Of a stretch of 64,000 nucleotides of DNA, positions 1-13,520 are shown piece after piece. Position 1 is the first letter of the stretch. The number at the start of each line of letters is the position of its first letter. The notes beneath the pieces are model-generated. The model worked only from the letters and a program-made list of their open reading frames with translations, had not been told where the DNA came from and searched no databases. The DNA lies in contig NC_042999.1 in assembly GCF_006345805.1 (NCBI RefSeq), forward strand, positions 161,138,001-161,202,000, in the 5' to 3' direction. A program made the position numbers and the translations under genes. The DNA comes from Octopus sinensis. Taxonomy: Eukaryota.

Positions 1-25
1 ATCACCGAATTATTATTATTTGAGG

Positions 26-330
26 TTGGTAGAATCGTTATATGACTTCTGACGTTTTAATGATCTGAGTTCAAATTTCGCCGAGGTCGACTTTGCCTTT
101 CATCCTTCGAGGTCGATGAAATAAATACCTATTTTTTTTACTACCCACAAGGGGCTAAACACAGAGGGGGAAAACAAGGACAGACAAACGGATTAAGTCG
201 ATTAAATCGACCCCAGTGCGTAACTGGTACTTAATTTATCGACCACGAAAGGATGAAAGGCAAAGTCGACCTCGGCGGAATTTGAACTCAGAACGTAGCG
301 GCTGACGAAATAACACAAAGCGTTTCGATG
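26..330. mobile_element. Two partial, oppositely oriented copies of SINE family A
   Basis: ctgagttcaaatttcgccgaggtcgactttgcctttcatcc on + at about 64-105, then the reverse-complement tail (ctacccacaaggggctaaac...gaactcagaacg) matching the full copies at 903 and 62288. Confidence 0.85.
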
Positions 331-759
331 AAATAAATACCAGTTATATACCCTCCCTAAAATTGCTGACCTTGTGACAAAATTAGAAACTGAAAGCTGG
401 CAGACTGGTAGAATCATTAGCACGCCGGACAAAACTTTTAGCGACGTTTCTTCCGGTTTTATGCTTTCGAGTGCAGGCTTTGTGTCTATAGTGGAAAGAA
501 TTATGCTTTGGATTTGGTAGAATTATTACAGCGTCCGACCAAACGTCTTCTGCTGGTTGTTCTGACTATTTACATTCCGAGTTCAAATCCCAACACCTGT
601 TTTGGCTTTCATCCTTTCTTGGTTGAGAAAATAAAGTATTGGGGCCGATGTAATCAACGTAACCCTTCCTTAAAATTACAATGACCCATAAGACATCCCC
701 TCTCCCCTAAATATTAAAAAAAATTACCAATGCTAAGAAAAGAAAAAGAAACTCACTCT

Positions 760-802
<43 letters not shown>

Positions 803-902
803 CACACACACACACACAACTGGCGGATACGAACAAATGGATGGAGTTACTTTTGAGGAACGCTGCATCAACACTCTCCGCAGTTGCTACACCAATAATA
901 TC

Positions 903-1133
903 TATTTCTTTACTACCCACAAGGGGCTAAACACAGAGAGGACAAACAAGGACAGACAAACGGATTAAGTCGATTATATCGACCTCAGTGCGTAACTGGT
1001 ACTTGATTTATCGACCCCGAAAGGATGAAAGGCAAAGTCGACCTCGGCGGAATTTGAACTCAGAACGTAACGGCAGACGAAATACGGCTACGCATTTCGC
1101 CCGGCGTGCTAACGTTTCTGCCAGCTCGCCGCC
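903..1133 (-). mobile_element. Full-length tRNA-derived SINE, family A (about 230 bp)
   Basis: Reverse complement of GGCGGCGAGCTGGCAGAAACGTTAGCACGCCGGGCGAAATG...GAGTTCAAATTCC (Pol III A- and B-box-like); near-identical copies at 6625, 7816 and 62288. Confidence 0.9.
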
Positions 1134-1508
1134 TTTATCATTTTATATACACCAATAATATCAACACCATCGTCCCCATCACCACCGTTACTACTATCAC
1201 AGGCGCCACTATTACACATACGATCTAATTCATACGCACAACAGCAGTCAGATTACACACCCCAGCGCGAACAAAACAGAAGCCATTAACTACACGGTTA
1301 TAAACACAAGCAATATAGAACTTATGGACGCATACACAAACATACAAACATTATAGACAATAACTGTATCTTGTTAACCAATAATGTTTCAGTACACATC
1401 ATTCATATATCAGACCATGCATGCAAAATCTTAAAAAATAAATCCCCGAAAAGAGCAGGAAGCTCCAGGGGGGAATATAAACAAAAGATTATGAGAAGAA
1501 TTACTCAT

Positions 1509-1915
1509 GGACAGGAGTGGCTGTGTGGTAAGTAGCTTGCTAACCAACCACATGGTTCCGGGTTCAGTCCCACTGCATGGCATCTTGGGCAAGTGTCTTC
1601 TGCTATAGTCCCGGGCCGATCAATGCCTTGTGAATGGATTTGGTAGACGGAAACTGAAAGAAGCCCGTCGTATATATTTATACATATATATGTGTGTGTG
1701 TGTATGTTTGTGTGTCTGTGTTTGTCCCCCTAGCATTGCTTGACAACCGATGCTGGTGTGTTTACGTCCCCGTCACATAGCGGTTCGGCAAAAGAGACCG
1801 ATAGAATAAGTACTGGACTTACAAAGAATAAGTCCCGGGGTCGATTTGCTCGACTAAAGGCGGTGCTCCAGCATGGCCGCAGTCAAATGACTGAAACAAG
1901 TAAAAGAGTAAAAGA
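1509..1915 (+). mobile_element. tRNA-derived SINE, family B (about 400 bp)
   Basis: Head GGAGTGGCTGTGTGGTAAG...GGTTCAGTCCC, internal (TA)(TG) tract, tail CAGTCAAATGACTGAAACAAGTAAAAGAG; many copies in the window. Confidence 0.9.
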
Positions 1916-1973
1916 GAGTATGGACAAACCTACAGCCAGCTAAAGGCAAGAATCATCTACCACCCCCCTAAAG

Positions 1974-3823
1974 CAGGGGTTCTCAGACTTTTACAAAAGT
2001 TTTACGTGCTGGTCCCCTTACAGCTTTTTCCGCTGAAAATTAAAATGGAAAAAATGACATACAACACAAATGAGAAGCAAAAACAGTCCAAAAATATCCC
2101 GATCATCTGACATTAACAACTGCATAAGACCCATTTATATCCGTTTGGCAAAAGGAAACGCGGGTTATACAAGAAAACTGCGGTATATGACAGTGTTTCT
2201 CGAACTTTTGGCATCACCTGCCTTTTCCACCATGTTTGCGATGCTATTCTTCTCCATTATCAGGTCATTTCTCATACTGATTATCCAAGAGGAGCATTCC
2301 AATCAATTTAGCTGTCTTCAACAGAAGAACTGTAATAGCATCACAAAATGTGCAGAAGTTTTTGCAACTGGGCCACTAGTATGCGTAGAAACCCACAATT
2401 TTAGTACAAACACCGTCTTCTCCTCCTCTCCTGAAGGTTTGCCATCCCTTTTCCTGAATCCCTGGTACATAACAACAAAAACTATATAAGAAATTATTTA
2501 TTCGCATAAGCAGAACCATCTGTCATTTTATATACAGTAAAGTAACCAGCGCTTCAATGATCGGTTCTGTTTTGAAGAGGGCAACCCTCATTTCTGGTGT
2601 GACATCCAGTCGATTTCGTAATTTCGTTTTGTTGGCAAGTGGAAAACGGGATCTCACACTCATAGGTGGTTGGAAATGGCATCAGTACTTAAAGAACCAT
2701 CTTTGTGACATCAGGATATGATTGTGCCATTTCAATCCAAAAGTCAGAACAGCATATTTCACAGGAAAACATTTTTCCCCTCGATCATTGACCAAATCAA
2801 TGAACTGCTCTTGAATTGAATTGTCTTGTGTTGGCAGATCACTAACAGAGAGCACAAAGGGGTTCCTGATAAAGCAGCAGTGTTTGTCAAGGTCATGAAG
2901 ATCAGGAAAATAAAGAGATATTTCTCTGCCAAATATTGACTTGTGTTGTTTCAGGAGTTCAACGATGTCGTCATTGACTTGAATTTTGTTTTCATCAATA
3001 AACATGAGGAAATGCTGCAAAGTTCTTTCTATCTAACTTTGGGTGCCGAAGTTCAAGCTTCATTTTGAAAGCAGTTAGTTTTTCATGAGAATGAAACATG
3101 GTTATATCTTTCCCTTGCAGTGAAGAATTGACCGTCTCATTCACTGACTCAAATATGACCACCAGGAATGGCAAGCGGATCAGAAAACGAACATCGGTGA
3201 ATTTAGCGAATAAATCTGGCTTGGCGTCTTTTAAAAAAATTGTGAACTTCTTTTCGTAGAAGGAAGACCCTCTTTACTGTTTTTCTTCTCGAAAGCCATC
3301 TCACTTGTGGGGGCAGCAGAAGCGTTTCAAACTCAGAATAACTTTCTTTGCACAACTCGGCAAACAGACGGGAGTTGAGTGCGTTGGCTTTGATGAAATT
3401 CACCTCTGTAATCACGTAATTCAGAACATTTTTAACTCATCAGGCATGGTTTTCACCATTAGTGATTGTCGATAAATTGTGCAGTGTGTACCAATAGCAC
3501 CTGGGGATTTTTCGTTCACCAAAGTCGGATCGGCAACCAAGCATCGCCGCAGCGCCATCGGTGCACACGCCAGTGACATGCTCTCAGTTGACGTCATGTA
3601 CTCCCCCAAAGTTGTCCATTTTGTTAAATATTTCCCTTGTGGTTGTTTTGGTGCTAATGGTTTCAAGAAAACGAGAGTTCGTATATCAGGTGATTGTTAT
3701 GTACATAACGTACATAGACGTAAAGTTGGGCCAAGTTGGAAACATCGATCATTTCATTAAGCTGGATCAAAAGAGAATTGAAAATCTTGGAGACAGAATG
3801 CTATCAAACAGCTAACAGTATCG

Positions 3824-3921
<98 letters not shown>

Positions 3922-4200
3922 GCTTCAGCTTCTGAAGTTGAGAACTTTCCAGCACATTCGATATGATATCTTTGCAGCAAGGCAACATCAACTCTTCGCT
4001 GATATTGTGGAGCTTTTCGGCAACAGCTATTTTCCTTGAAACTTCGTAGGATGCTTTCAAACCAGCCAAATGTCCAGCAAAAACATTCCTGTCATCAGGT
4101 CTGGACTTCTTCAATCTGTCGCCAAAATCTGAAGAAGTCGCCAAAACCTCGGAACACAAAACATGTTTCCTTCTCCGCCAGACTTTGTCACAATAAAACC
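1974..4200 (-). mobile_element. Degraded hAT (Buster/Charlie-like) DNA transposon with a frameshifted transposase
   Basis: Minus-strand ORFs: SYEVSRKIAVAEKLHNISEELMLPCCKDI, ITEVNFIKANALNSRLFAELC...VRWLSR, YFPDLHDL...IRNPF; terminal CAGGGGTTCTCA motif at 1974; (GA)n tract at about 3826-3918 interrupts the ORF. Confidence 0.85.
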
Positions 4201-4699
4201 GAATTTCAAATAAGATTTGTCACATCTCATTTTCTTTTTTGGAGGCATTATAAAAAAAGTTAAAATTCAGTAAACCAATTTAATATAACTGTATTGTATA
4301 TTTATTTCGAATTTGTCATATACTACGGGTGAGTAAAGGGCAAGGTCATGGGGGAACATGCTCCGGTAAGGTTAGTGACGGCGAAAGATATGCAAACATG
4401 TGGATTGCAATAGAGGAGTGGTGAATCATATGAGCGCAGAATACCGACAGCAAATGTACGATCAAGCGTTATACACACCTATCTTCCATCAGTCAATCAC
4501 ATTTGTTGTACAACAGATGTGATTAGCAAATGAGTGTGTAGGGAGTGATGAGGGTTTTTGAGGTCAACGACAAAAATGGATGATAGCATGCGAAAAATTG
4601 AAATTTTAAAGCTTGACTGTCTCAAGCCACCCGTTTTCAGTTTGAGAACTAAAGGAATAAAGTGAGAGATTCTCATTTTCCTTCTGACGAATGTACCCT

Positions 4700-5030
4700 T
4701 ACCCAGAATAGTTAGTGCAAATGCACGTGACCTGAGGTTCGTCTTGGAAGGAAAGCTATCTGCGCAACGACTTCAGGTCACTAGACAACTATGGTGGTCA
4801 TCAGCTACGACGTGCACGATGTGCAGGTACTGATGATATGAAGACACGCACCGAAGCTGCGACATCTCCAGCGATTCCTCACAAGTAAAATTATGTCGAA
4901 CACCTACTGGCGCGTGTAAGATGGATCCAGCCATCAGCTGAGTCTGTTGCAAAATCGCTCTACGGCCTTCCTTTTGGCCAGGCAGGGTAGGCGGGGTCTA
5001 TCAGTCTGGTTTGTCAGTTTCCTGTTTATA
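4700..5030 (+). mobile_element. Highly degenerate 3' fragment of an L1/Tx1-type ORF2
   Basis: Translation SWKESYLRNDFRSLDNYGGHQLRRARCAGTDD loosely parallels the zinc-knuckle region of the Tx1-like copy at 52588-52857. Confidence 0.4.
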
Positions 5031-5903
5031 CTTACACATTGTCGTTAATTTTTTTTCTAAACCCTTTGTAATTAATAAACAAAGCATTATTATTGTTGTT
5101 ATTGATACTTTCACTTAAAAAAAACCCCATCGATTCAAAGACTTTTAGGACGGGATATCGTTTCAAACGGGTTCTACAAAAAAAGTCAAAAGGAAAGCTA
5201 AAAGCTTTAAAGCATCTTAAAATATACAAAAAATATACAAATCTAAGAGTGTGTGTCTTTGTGTCTATGTTGGTCCCCACCAACACTTGACAACGGGTGT
5301 TGGTGTGTTTACGTCCCTGTAACTTAGCGATTCGGTAAAAGAGACCGAGAGAAAAAGTGCCAGACTTAACAAAAAGAAAGAAGCTCTGGGGTCGATTAAT
5401 TCCACTAAAAGCTCTCCAAGTTGTGCCCCAACACTTTTCTTTTAATCTTTTCGGGGTCAATAAAGTAATTACCAGTTGAGATGTAGTCGACTTACTCCCT
5501 TCCCAGATATTGCTGGCCTTGTGTCAAAATTGGAAACCAGTATTAAGGAAATATTTATCTTTATAGGTATAGTACTTATAAAAGTATTGTCTTATTCGTT
5601 TTTATACTTTTCTGTTCGGAGGTGACAGTAAGTTAAGGCAAGTTAGATATTTCCAGAAAAAGACAAAATATACTTTATCCAATTTTTGATTGGAGTCGAA
5701 AGAATTAAATCTTGGTTTCTTGGTCTCTCGCTCTCTTGGAAGGTATGTGTAATTGTATACCTGCTGTCCCTGAGGCCCGTTCTTTGACAATTTTTGCAAG
5801 TTCTCCAATACTACGAACTCCGTACATCTAATTGTTAGTAGGGCTTTTTGATTGCCTTGTTGCAAGTTGGCGAGCGTGGTATACACACACACAAACACAC
5901 ACG

Positions 5904-5943
<40 letters not shown>

Positions 5944-6079
5944 TACAAACACACACAAATATATTGGGTCATCCCATAAATAATGTGGGGTTTTTTAATT
6001 GCATGAGATAAAAGTCTGAGGGGGACGAGTTAAATTACCTGCATCAACTTGTTATAAAAGCAGGTAGTAATTTTACCAT

Positions 6080-6470
6080 AGGCGCAGGAGTGGCTGTGTG
6101 GTAAGTAGCTTGCTAACCAACCACATGGTTCCGGGTTCAGATGCGTGGCATCTTGGGCAAGTGTCTTCTGCTATAGCCCCGGGCCGACCAATGCCTTGTG
6201 AGTGGATTTGGTAGACGGAAACTGAAAGAAGCCTGTTGTACATATGTATATATATATGTGTATGTGTGTGTTTGTGTGTCTGTGTTTGTCCCCTAGCATT
6301 GCTTGATAACCGATGCTGGTGTCACATAGCGGTTCGGCAAAAGAGACCGATAGAATAAGTACTGGGCTTACAAAGAATAAGTCCCGGGGTCGATTTGTTC
6401 GACTAAAGGCGGTGCTCCAGCATGGCCGCAGTCAAATGACTGAAACAAGTAAAAGAGAGAAAGAGAGAGA
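6080..6470 (+). mobile_element. SINE family B
   Basis: AGGCGCAGGAGTGGCTGTGTGG head through CAGTCAAATGACTGAAACAAG tail. Confidence 0.9.
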
Positions 6471-6624
6471 GTATGTCTTTATTCTTGGTGCAAGTTCGAT
6501 TTTAACAGTAATTTTTTCAAACGTATAATGGAAGTGACAAAGGAGCATATTCAGTATATTTAGCCATATGAGTTCAATAAAGGCAACAATGCAACGGAAA
6601 GTCGGGGCAATATTAATGCAGTAT

Positions 6625-6854
6625 ATATTTCTTTACCACCCACAAGGGGCTAAACATAGAGGGGACAAACAAGGACAGACAAAGGGATTAAGTCGATTAC
6701 ATCGACCCCAGTGCGAAACTGGTACTTTATTTATCGACCCCGAAAGGATGAAAGGCAAATTCGACCTCGGCGGAATTTGAACTCAGAAAGTAACGACAGA
6801 CGAAATACCGCTAAGCATTTCGCCCGGCGCGCTAACGTTTCTGCCAGCTCGCCG
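6625..6854 (-). mobile_element. SINE family A
   Basis: Near-identical to 903-1133. Confidence 0.9.
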
Positions 6855-6923
6855 TATATTAATGCCGATATCAGTGGATGGTCTCGGCTGTATTTGTGTA
6901 TGCATCAGAGGCCAGCACTTTAA

Positions 6924-7008
<85 letters not shown>

Positions 7009-7035
7009 TGTATGTATGTATGTATGTATGTATAT

Positions 7036-7166
7036 AGGCGCAGGAGTGGCTGTGTGGTAAGTAGCTTGCTAACCAACCACATGGTTCCGGGTTCAGTCCC
7101 ACTGCGTGGCATCTTGGGCAAGTGTCTTCTGCTATAGCCCCTGGCCGACCAATGCCTTGTGAGTGG
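7036..7166 (+). mobile_element. SINE family B, 5' portion
   Basis: tRNA-like head only; follows a (TA)n(TATG)n tract. Confidence 0.85.
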
Positions 7167-7815
7167 TCTTTTATGTTTGTATTGATAGAATATTAGAAAG
7201 GAGGAAAGATAATGAAAGACAAAACGAAAGAGAAAGAGAGAGAGAGAGAGAAAGAGAATGAGAGAGATGGAGAAAAAGGAGAGATAATCTCTCTCACACA
7301 CGCACACATGCACACGCGCAAAGACATTCTGTAGAGATGAAAAGTGGCAGTGAAAGAGTATGGATGATGGAAGGAAAGGGTAAGAATTGAAACCAGTTGG
7401 CGGCGTTTGCACCTGTTGGCCGCAACACAGTAAGAAAGTAAAATTATAGCTGCCATTGCTATCCAATTAACCACAAACAAAATCTAGCAAATGAAAACTA
7501 ATCAAAAAGTATTCCTGAAGGTGGTTAAAATGTCTGTCACTTGACTTGTGAAATTTCCCTCGTTGATCCACTTATTAGGTATGTGGCGGGATGAGGACTA
7601 GAAGATTGTTTAATATTGATGATGGCAGTGGTGCTGGTGGTGGTGATGGCCGGAGGAAGGGATGGTGAGATTTTAATCATGATCATTGTAATACTGTTAA
7701 TGAGGGGTTCACAACAGTGACGATGATGATGATGACGACGACAGCGGCGGAGGTAACTGTAGTGGAGTTAGAGGTGAGAGATGCTTTGCTAACAATGATA
7801 TTGCAACTGCTGAAA

Positions 7816-8046
7816 GGCGGCGAGCTGGCAGAAACGTTAGCACGCCGGGCGAAATGCATAGCAGTATTTCGTCTGCCGTTACGTCCTGAGTTCAAATTCC
7901 GCCGAGGTCTACTTTGCCTTTCATCCTTTCGGGGTCGATAAATTAAGTACCAGTTACGTACTGGGGTCGATATAATCGACTTAATCCGTTTGTCTGTCTT
8001 TGTTTGTTCCCTCTATGTTTAGCCCCTTCTGGGTAGTAAAGAAATG
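7816..8046 (+). mobile_element. SINE family A
   Basis: GGCGGCGAGCTGGCAGAAAC...GGGTAGTAAAGAAATGG. Confidence 0.9.
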
Positions 8047-8295
8047 GATATTGCAACTGCTGACAATGAGAGCGCTACTGATGGTGACGATGGCGGTGGA
8101 GATGGTAGTGCAGATGTTGCTGGTGGTGGCGGTGGTGGCGGTGGCGGTGGTAACGGCGATGTTGTTTGTGTGAGTGTATGCTTGTGCGTGTACAGGATTC
8201 GGATTGTGACTGCTTGTGAGTTTCTGCGTGTGTTTTACACTCTGTGTGTGACTCTCAGTGTGTGTGTGTGTGTGCGTGCGTGCCTTTGTGTGTGT

Positions 8296-8327
<32 letters not shown>

Positions 8328-9804
8328 CATATGCCTGATATGATACTGTCTATATATGAATATGTGTAAACGCGAGACTTCATATGTGCGAGTATATTTA
8401 TACAAGTGTGTAAGTAATTCATGTTTGAGTATGTATCCATGTACTTAGTGTATACAAAGATAAAATGGTAGCGGTGTTTGTTGTAGTGGCGGTGGTGGTA
8501 GTGGTTACGATTGCAACAAAATGGAGGGAAAAGAAAGGGGAAAAGGACGAATTACTAAACGCTGTTTACTGATAATTTCGTTTATACAATCAGTGGCTCG
8601 TCGACGCAATTAAGGCAGAATCGGAATCAATTGGAAACGGTTTGATCTTTGACAAACCGTGACAGAATATGATGAGCGAGCAGAAAATTACTGGTCAGTA
8701 ACCGTATCAATGGCCGTATCAGTAAAAGCTGCAACGGAAGCCTAATCATTTACTGATTGATATTACGACCGCCTCTTTGCCATGCCAGGCCAAGCTTGCA
8801 AACGTAAAATGGCGATGCTGAACTCCCAGTTGTGTCAGATAACGTTTACCTTATTCCCCGTCCTTATTAACCGCTAGTTTTCCCATGAGACATTGCTTCA
8901 CTTCAATAACGTAGGACAAGTAAGGAAGAGGAGGAAAGGAGAGAGGGCGAGAGTGAGAGTGAAAGAGTCCAGGAGTTCGCTTGAAAGACAGACTGGGGAA
9001 AGGGAAAGAAGAAAGGAGGGAAGGAGAGAGAGAGAGAAAGGGGAGTGATATAAAGATGATAAAATAGGAATGAAAGAGAGAGAGAGTCTGGGTGACACTA
9101 TGAGCAAGTGAAGGAGAAAAGAGCGGGAGGGGGGGAGAAGAGATAAGATAAAAGTAAATACTAAATCGAGAGTGAGAACAAAAGATTGAGTAGGAGTGCG
9201 AGTGTGAGCGAGATATAGAGAAAGAGTCAAAAGTAGAGTGAGAGAAGGAAAGGGGAAGAAATGAAAGAGTGGCGTTTATCACGGTGAACCGAGTCTATGT
9301 TCCATGTTCGATTCCCGTTTGTTGATATTTCAACAAGCTAAAAAGAAAGAAAGGAAGGAAGGAAGGAAGAGAGAAAGAAAAAATGCTAGAGTTCCAGGAA
9401 AAAGCAATAAGGATAATTTCCTTCATAAAGAAGGGAAGAAAATGCGGGTAAAGATAAAAAGTATTTGTGGACCGTGAAAAGTCAAAGTTTCAAACGTGAC
9501 GAACAAGCCAGGATCACAATTTCCACTTTTTCCACAATTTCCACAATTTCCACAATTTCCACTCTGACCTCTAAAATCATACGAAGTTGATTAGAACACT
9601 GCTGCAACTGACATAGGCTCGGGAACAGAGAGCGGGGAGGAAATGGGGCAAGCACGCTTCCTCGAATTTTTGTTAGGTAACGCTTTGGACATCCTCCTGA
9701 AAATCTTCATCGTCAAAACGAATGAGTGTAGCAACAGTTTTGGACTGATTTGAAACGTTGCTATTCTATCATTGAATTTATCTAATTTGATTGATGTACA
9801 AATA

Positions 9805-11226
9805 TGATAATAACAGAATTGGAATAGAATTTGGACACAAGAAGTGCAGAATAATCTACCTAAAAAGAGACAAGGTACAGTCTCTAGAAGGGATAGAATT
9901 ACCTATTAAAGACTGGATTAAATAAATTAAAATGGAAGGCTATAAATACCTTGGTATACAAGAGTTCAACGAGATAATGGAAAAGGAAATGAAAGAGCAA
10001 CTGAGGGTGGAGTATTTCCGAAGACTAAGGTTGGTGTTGCACTCAAAATTGACTGGATGGAATAAAATCCAAGCAGTTCATACGTGGGCGATAGCATCAT
10101 TTCGGTATGGAGCAGGAATTATAAAATGGCAAAAGAGAGAAGTAATGAAAATGGATACCAAGACTAGAAAAATGTTGATAGTGCACGGAGCTTTCCACCC
10201 TAAGAGTGACACCGATAGGCTGTACTTGTCCAGAAGAAAGGGTGAAAGAGGTTTGATCAGTTGCCAGGATTGAATGGAAGCAGAGGAAAAGAGTTTAGGG
10301 TGGTATATAAAAATGACGTGGAGTCATAGTTGAAACATACAAAGAAGACTGGCGTGATCAAAACTGAAAATTGTGTAATGAAAGAAAAAAATTAAACAAG
10401 AAATGAACCAAAAAGGAAAAGCATGGGAGAAAATGTACTGTCACTTTGCAAGAGATGTGAACGCCTAAACAGATATAGAGGACACATAGCTATGGATGAG
10501 GAGGAGTGATCTGAAGATAGAGACGGAAGCACTCATATGCGCTGCTCAAGAACAAGTGTTAAGGACCAACTATGTTAAGTGCAGAATAGACAACCCTACC
10601 GATTACGACAAGTGCAGAATATGTGATGAGAGGGGTGAAACGGTATGGCACATCGTTAGCGAATGCCTGAAATTGGTACAACGCGAATTTAAAAGGCGCT
10701 ATGACAATGTGGCAAGAATGGTCCATTGGGAGGTTTATGGACATCACGGCCTACAAAGGGCAATGACGTGGTATGAGAAAACACCAGAAGTCACCGAGAA
10801 TGAGAATTGCAAAATCCTGTGGGATGCAATGATCGAGTGCGATCACCTGGCCAAACATCGGAAACCGGATATTGCTGTGGTGTATAAAAATGAAATAACA
10901 TGCATGATAATAAACAACAGGATCTATGTGAAAGAAGAAGAAAAAATACAGAATTATGACGATTTGAAGCGGGAAATGCGAAGGTAGTGGTCAATGAAGA
11001 ATGTAGACGTGATAACAATAGAAATTGGTGCACCTGGAAGTATCAGCAATCAACTACCAACAAAGCTAAAAAAAAGTTTGGTGCTAGTGTGAAGGTAGAA
11101 CATCTGCAAAAAATCATCATTGCTTGAAACTGCAAGAATTCTTCGCATGACCAGTAAACAAGTGTCATCTTAGTCTGCTGACTGTGGACAGCTGACACTT
11201 TCCATCATACTCAGCAAAATAAGCTG
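9805..11226 (+). mobile_element. 5'-truncated R4/Dong-clade non-LTR retrotransposon (end of RT, CCHC finger, restriction-like endonuclease)
   Basis: YKYLGIQE, HGAFHPKSDTDRLYLSRRKGERGL, CRICDERGETVWHIVSEC, KPDIAVV; followed by a (TAA)/(TAG) tail. Confidence 0.9.
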
Positions 11227-11235
11227 TGAGCTTTC

Positions 11236-11306
<71 letters not shown>

Positions 11307-11315
11307 ATGATAATA

Positions 11316-11855
11316 AATATGCCCCGATGCAGTACCAGGCAGTGGCTTTCATGGCTTCTGATCTTAACTGATTGGACATGTCATCATGTACATTGTTTTG
11401 TTTTGGTATAAAAGATGGGCTACAGCAAATATTCTGCTCAATACCACATATTTGCTTGTCAATTGACTGACCTTAACCAGTTGACCATGTCCCTTGGTGG
11501 CTGACAATATGTGCATCTCTGATCAGGAGAAGTAGTGGAAGAGCATCCTAGCTATGTGTTGAGAGGAATAATTCACCCTTGGAAACATGGGTGTTTCGTT
11601 CATCATCCTTAAACAAACCTTATTTCGGGACCTTTTGAGCGGGATGGGTTACTCGACCTGAAGAAAATTTTAACTGGGCCCCACCTGCAAGGTCATGCGC
11701 TGTTTATCTTGATATGAGATCACCATGTCGCGCACATATGATTGTCATGCATGTGCCAGGTGTAACCTTATCAGACAGGTAGTCATGATGGGTATACTGG
11801 GCTTCGTATATTTTACCCCAGTGTCACTTTGATGGCATGCACTGCTCTCTCACTC

Positions 11856-11856
<1 letters not shown>
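11316..11856 (+). repeat. Unclassified interspersed repeat with a (TAA)n tail, probably a non-autonomous retroposon
   Basis: No ORF; ends CACTGCTCTCTCACTC followed by long (AAT)n; recalled as a common octopus repeat, single copy in this window. Confidence 0.4.
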
Positions 11857-11907
<51 letters not shown>

Positions 11908-11927
11908 TAATAATAATAATAATAATA

Positions 11928-12470
11928 ATGAGTGCAGATCGGACCATCAAGGCAAATAAGCCAGATAATGTGAAAGACAAAGTCTGTTTATTGATTGACA
12001 TGAGCATACCCTGTGACCTTAAAATCTCGGTAAAAAAATGTGATAAGCCCAGAAAAATATAACAATCTGCAAATCAAAATCGAAAAGGTGTGCATCTCAA
12101 GATGGTTACAATACCAGTGATTGTAGGAGCACTTGGAATGATCAAAAAGGAACTGAAAATTATTTAAGAATGATCCCTGGCTTACCATCTATGCAAGAAG
12201 AGCAAAAGATTGTTTTAACTGGTACATCGAACGTATTGAGAAGAGTATTGTTGCTGTAAATTTTCTTTCCTTCTCCACCCCCTTTGTTTTATTTGTTTAC
12301 TTTTCTATTTTTTCTTTTTTTCCTTTTTCTGTCTGTCTTCCCCTTTTCTCTGTCACATAACAATCTGGGGTGCTTGTATTAATGGCCTATCAATGTATAC
12401 AGTATGTTTCTCAACCCTAGGTGTCAAGAAGACACTCGGAAAGAAATGGAAATAAAATTGAAAGAAAGTG
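11928..12470 (+). mobile_element. R4/Dong-clade LINE, 3' end fragment
   Basis: DRTIKANKPD...CLLIDMSIPCD, IPVIVGALG, then a 3' UTR; begins directly after (TAA)n. Confidence 0.85.
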
Positions 12471-12589
12471 CTAATGTATATATGTATGTATATATGTCTT
12501 CTCTCCCCCCTCTTCTCCCCCTCCCCCTCTTCTCCCCCTCACCCTCTTCTCCTCACTACACCACATGACTTTACACATCACATCACATA

Positions 12590-13232
12590 TGATGTGCCAT
12601 ACTAATACACACACCAACTAATACATACTAATACGTACTAATACATACTAGTACATACTATACTACAACACCAACCCTATACATACACACGTCCAGACCC
12701 CGCATACGCACTTATACTCTCTCTCACACACACACACACACCTATACATACCAATACGTACTAATACATACTAATACATACTAATACATACACCAACCCC
12801 ATACATACGCACGTCCAGACCAATCTTACGCACTAATACTCTCTCATACACACACACACACACCCTTATACATACTAATACATACACCAACCCTATACAT
12901 ACACACATCCAGACCCCTCCCACGCACTTTTAGCTGGTCCCTCAACCCTTTTATCAACCCTATATCTCCCCTATTTCGCTCTCGCGTCTCATGTTTGATC
13001 TTTGACCTCTGGCCGAAATCAGATCGCCATGTTGATTCGTTAGCTACTGCACGCATTTTTTTTCTCTCCTTCTTTCTGTGTTTTTCTCTCTCTGTGTATC
13101 TTTCTGTTGAAGAGCGTAGGCTCGAAACGTTAAAGACTTGTTTTATTTATTTCCTGAGCGCCATACTAATACAATTGTTCGTTTGTTTTCCACCTGCCTT
13201 CGTCTTTTGTTTATTTTCATAAAGCTTCCCGT
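12590..13232 (+). mobile_element. Probable Penelope-like pseudo-LTR fragment with internal tandem duplications and a hammerhead motif
   Basis: Repeated CACCAACCCTATACATAC units, hammerhead motif at 13099-13136, ends in (TA)n; the Penelope assignment is inferred from the ribozyme type. Confidence 0.45.
13099..13136 (+). ncRNA. Minimal type I hammerhead ribozyme motif with an A6>U core change
   Basis: TCTTT-CTGTTGA-A-GAGC gtag GCTC-GAAA-C-GT-T-AAAGA; stem I TCTTT/AAAGA, palindromic ACGT stem III. Confidence 0.7.
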
Positions 13233-13237
13233 TATAT

Positions 13238-13289
<52 letters not shown>

Positions 13290-13382
13290 TATATATTATA
13301 TTATATATATATATATATTATATAATATATAATATATTATATATATATATATTATATATTATATATTATATATATATATATT

Positions 13383-13420
<38 letters not shown>

Positions 13421-13520
13421 GTTGTATATATATATAATATAATATATATATATATATAATATACATATATATATACATATATACATATATACATACACAC
13501 ACATATATATATATATATAT

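Noticed and set aside
6783-7466. Long ORFs rich in YI/IY/HT/VC/CM repeats (also 19348-19938, 32577-32966, 34061-34861, 54522-55037 and many others)
   Set aside because: They are translations of (TA)n, (CA)n, (TATG)n and (GATA)n microsatellites, not genes
9600-9770. Minus-strand peptide SKTVATLIRFDDEDFQEDVQSVT
   Set aside because: No convincing donor, stop follows, and no recognisable homology
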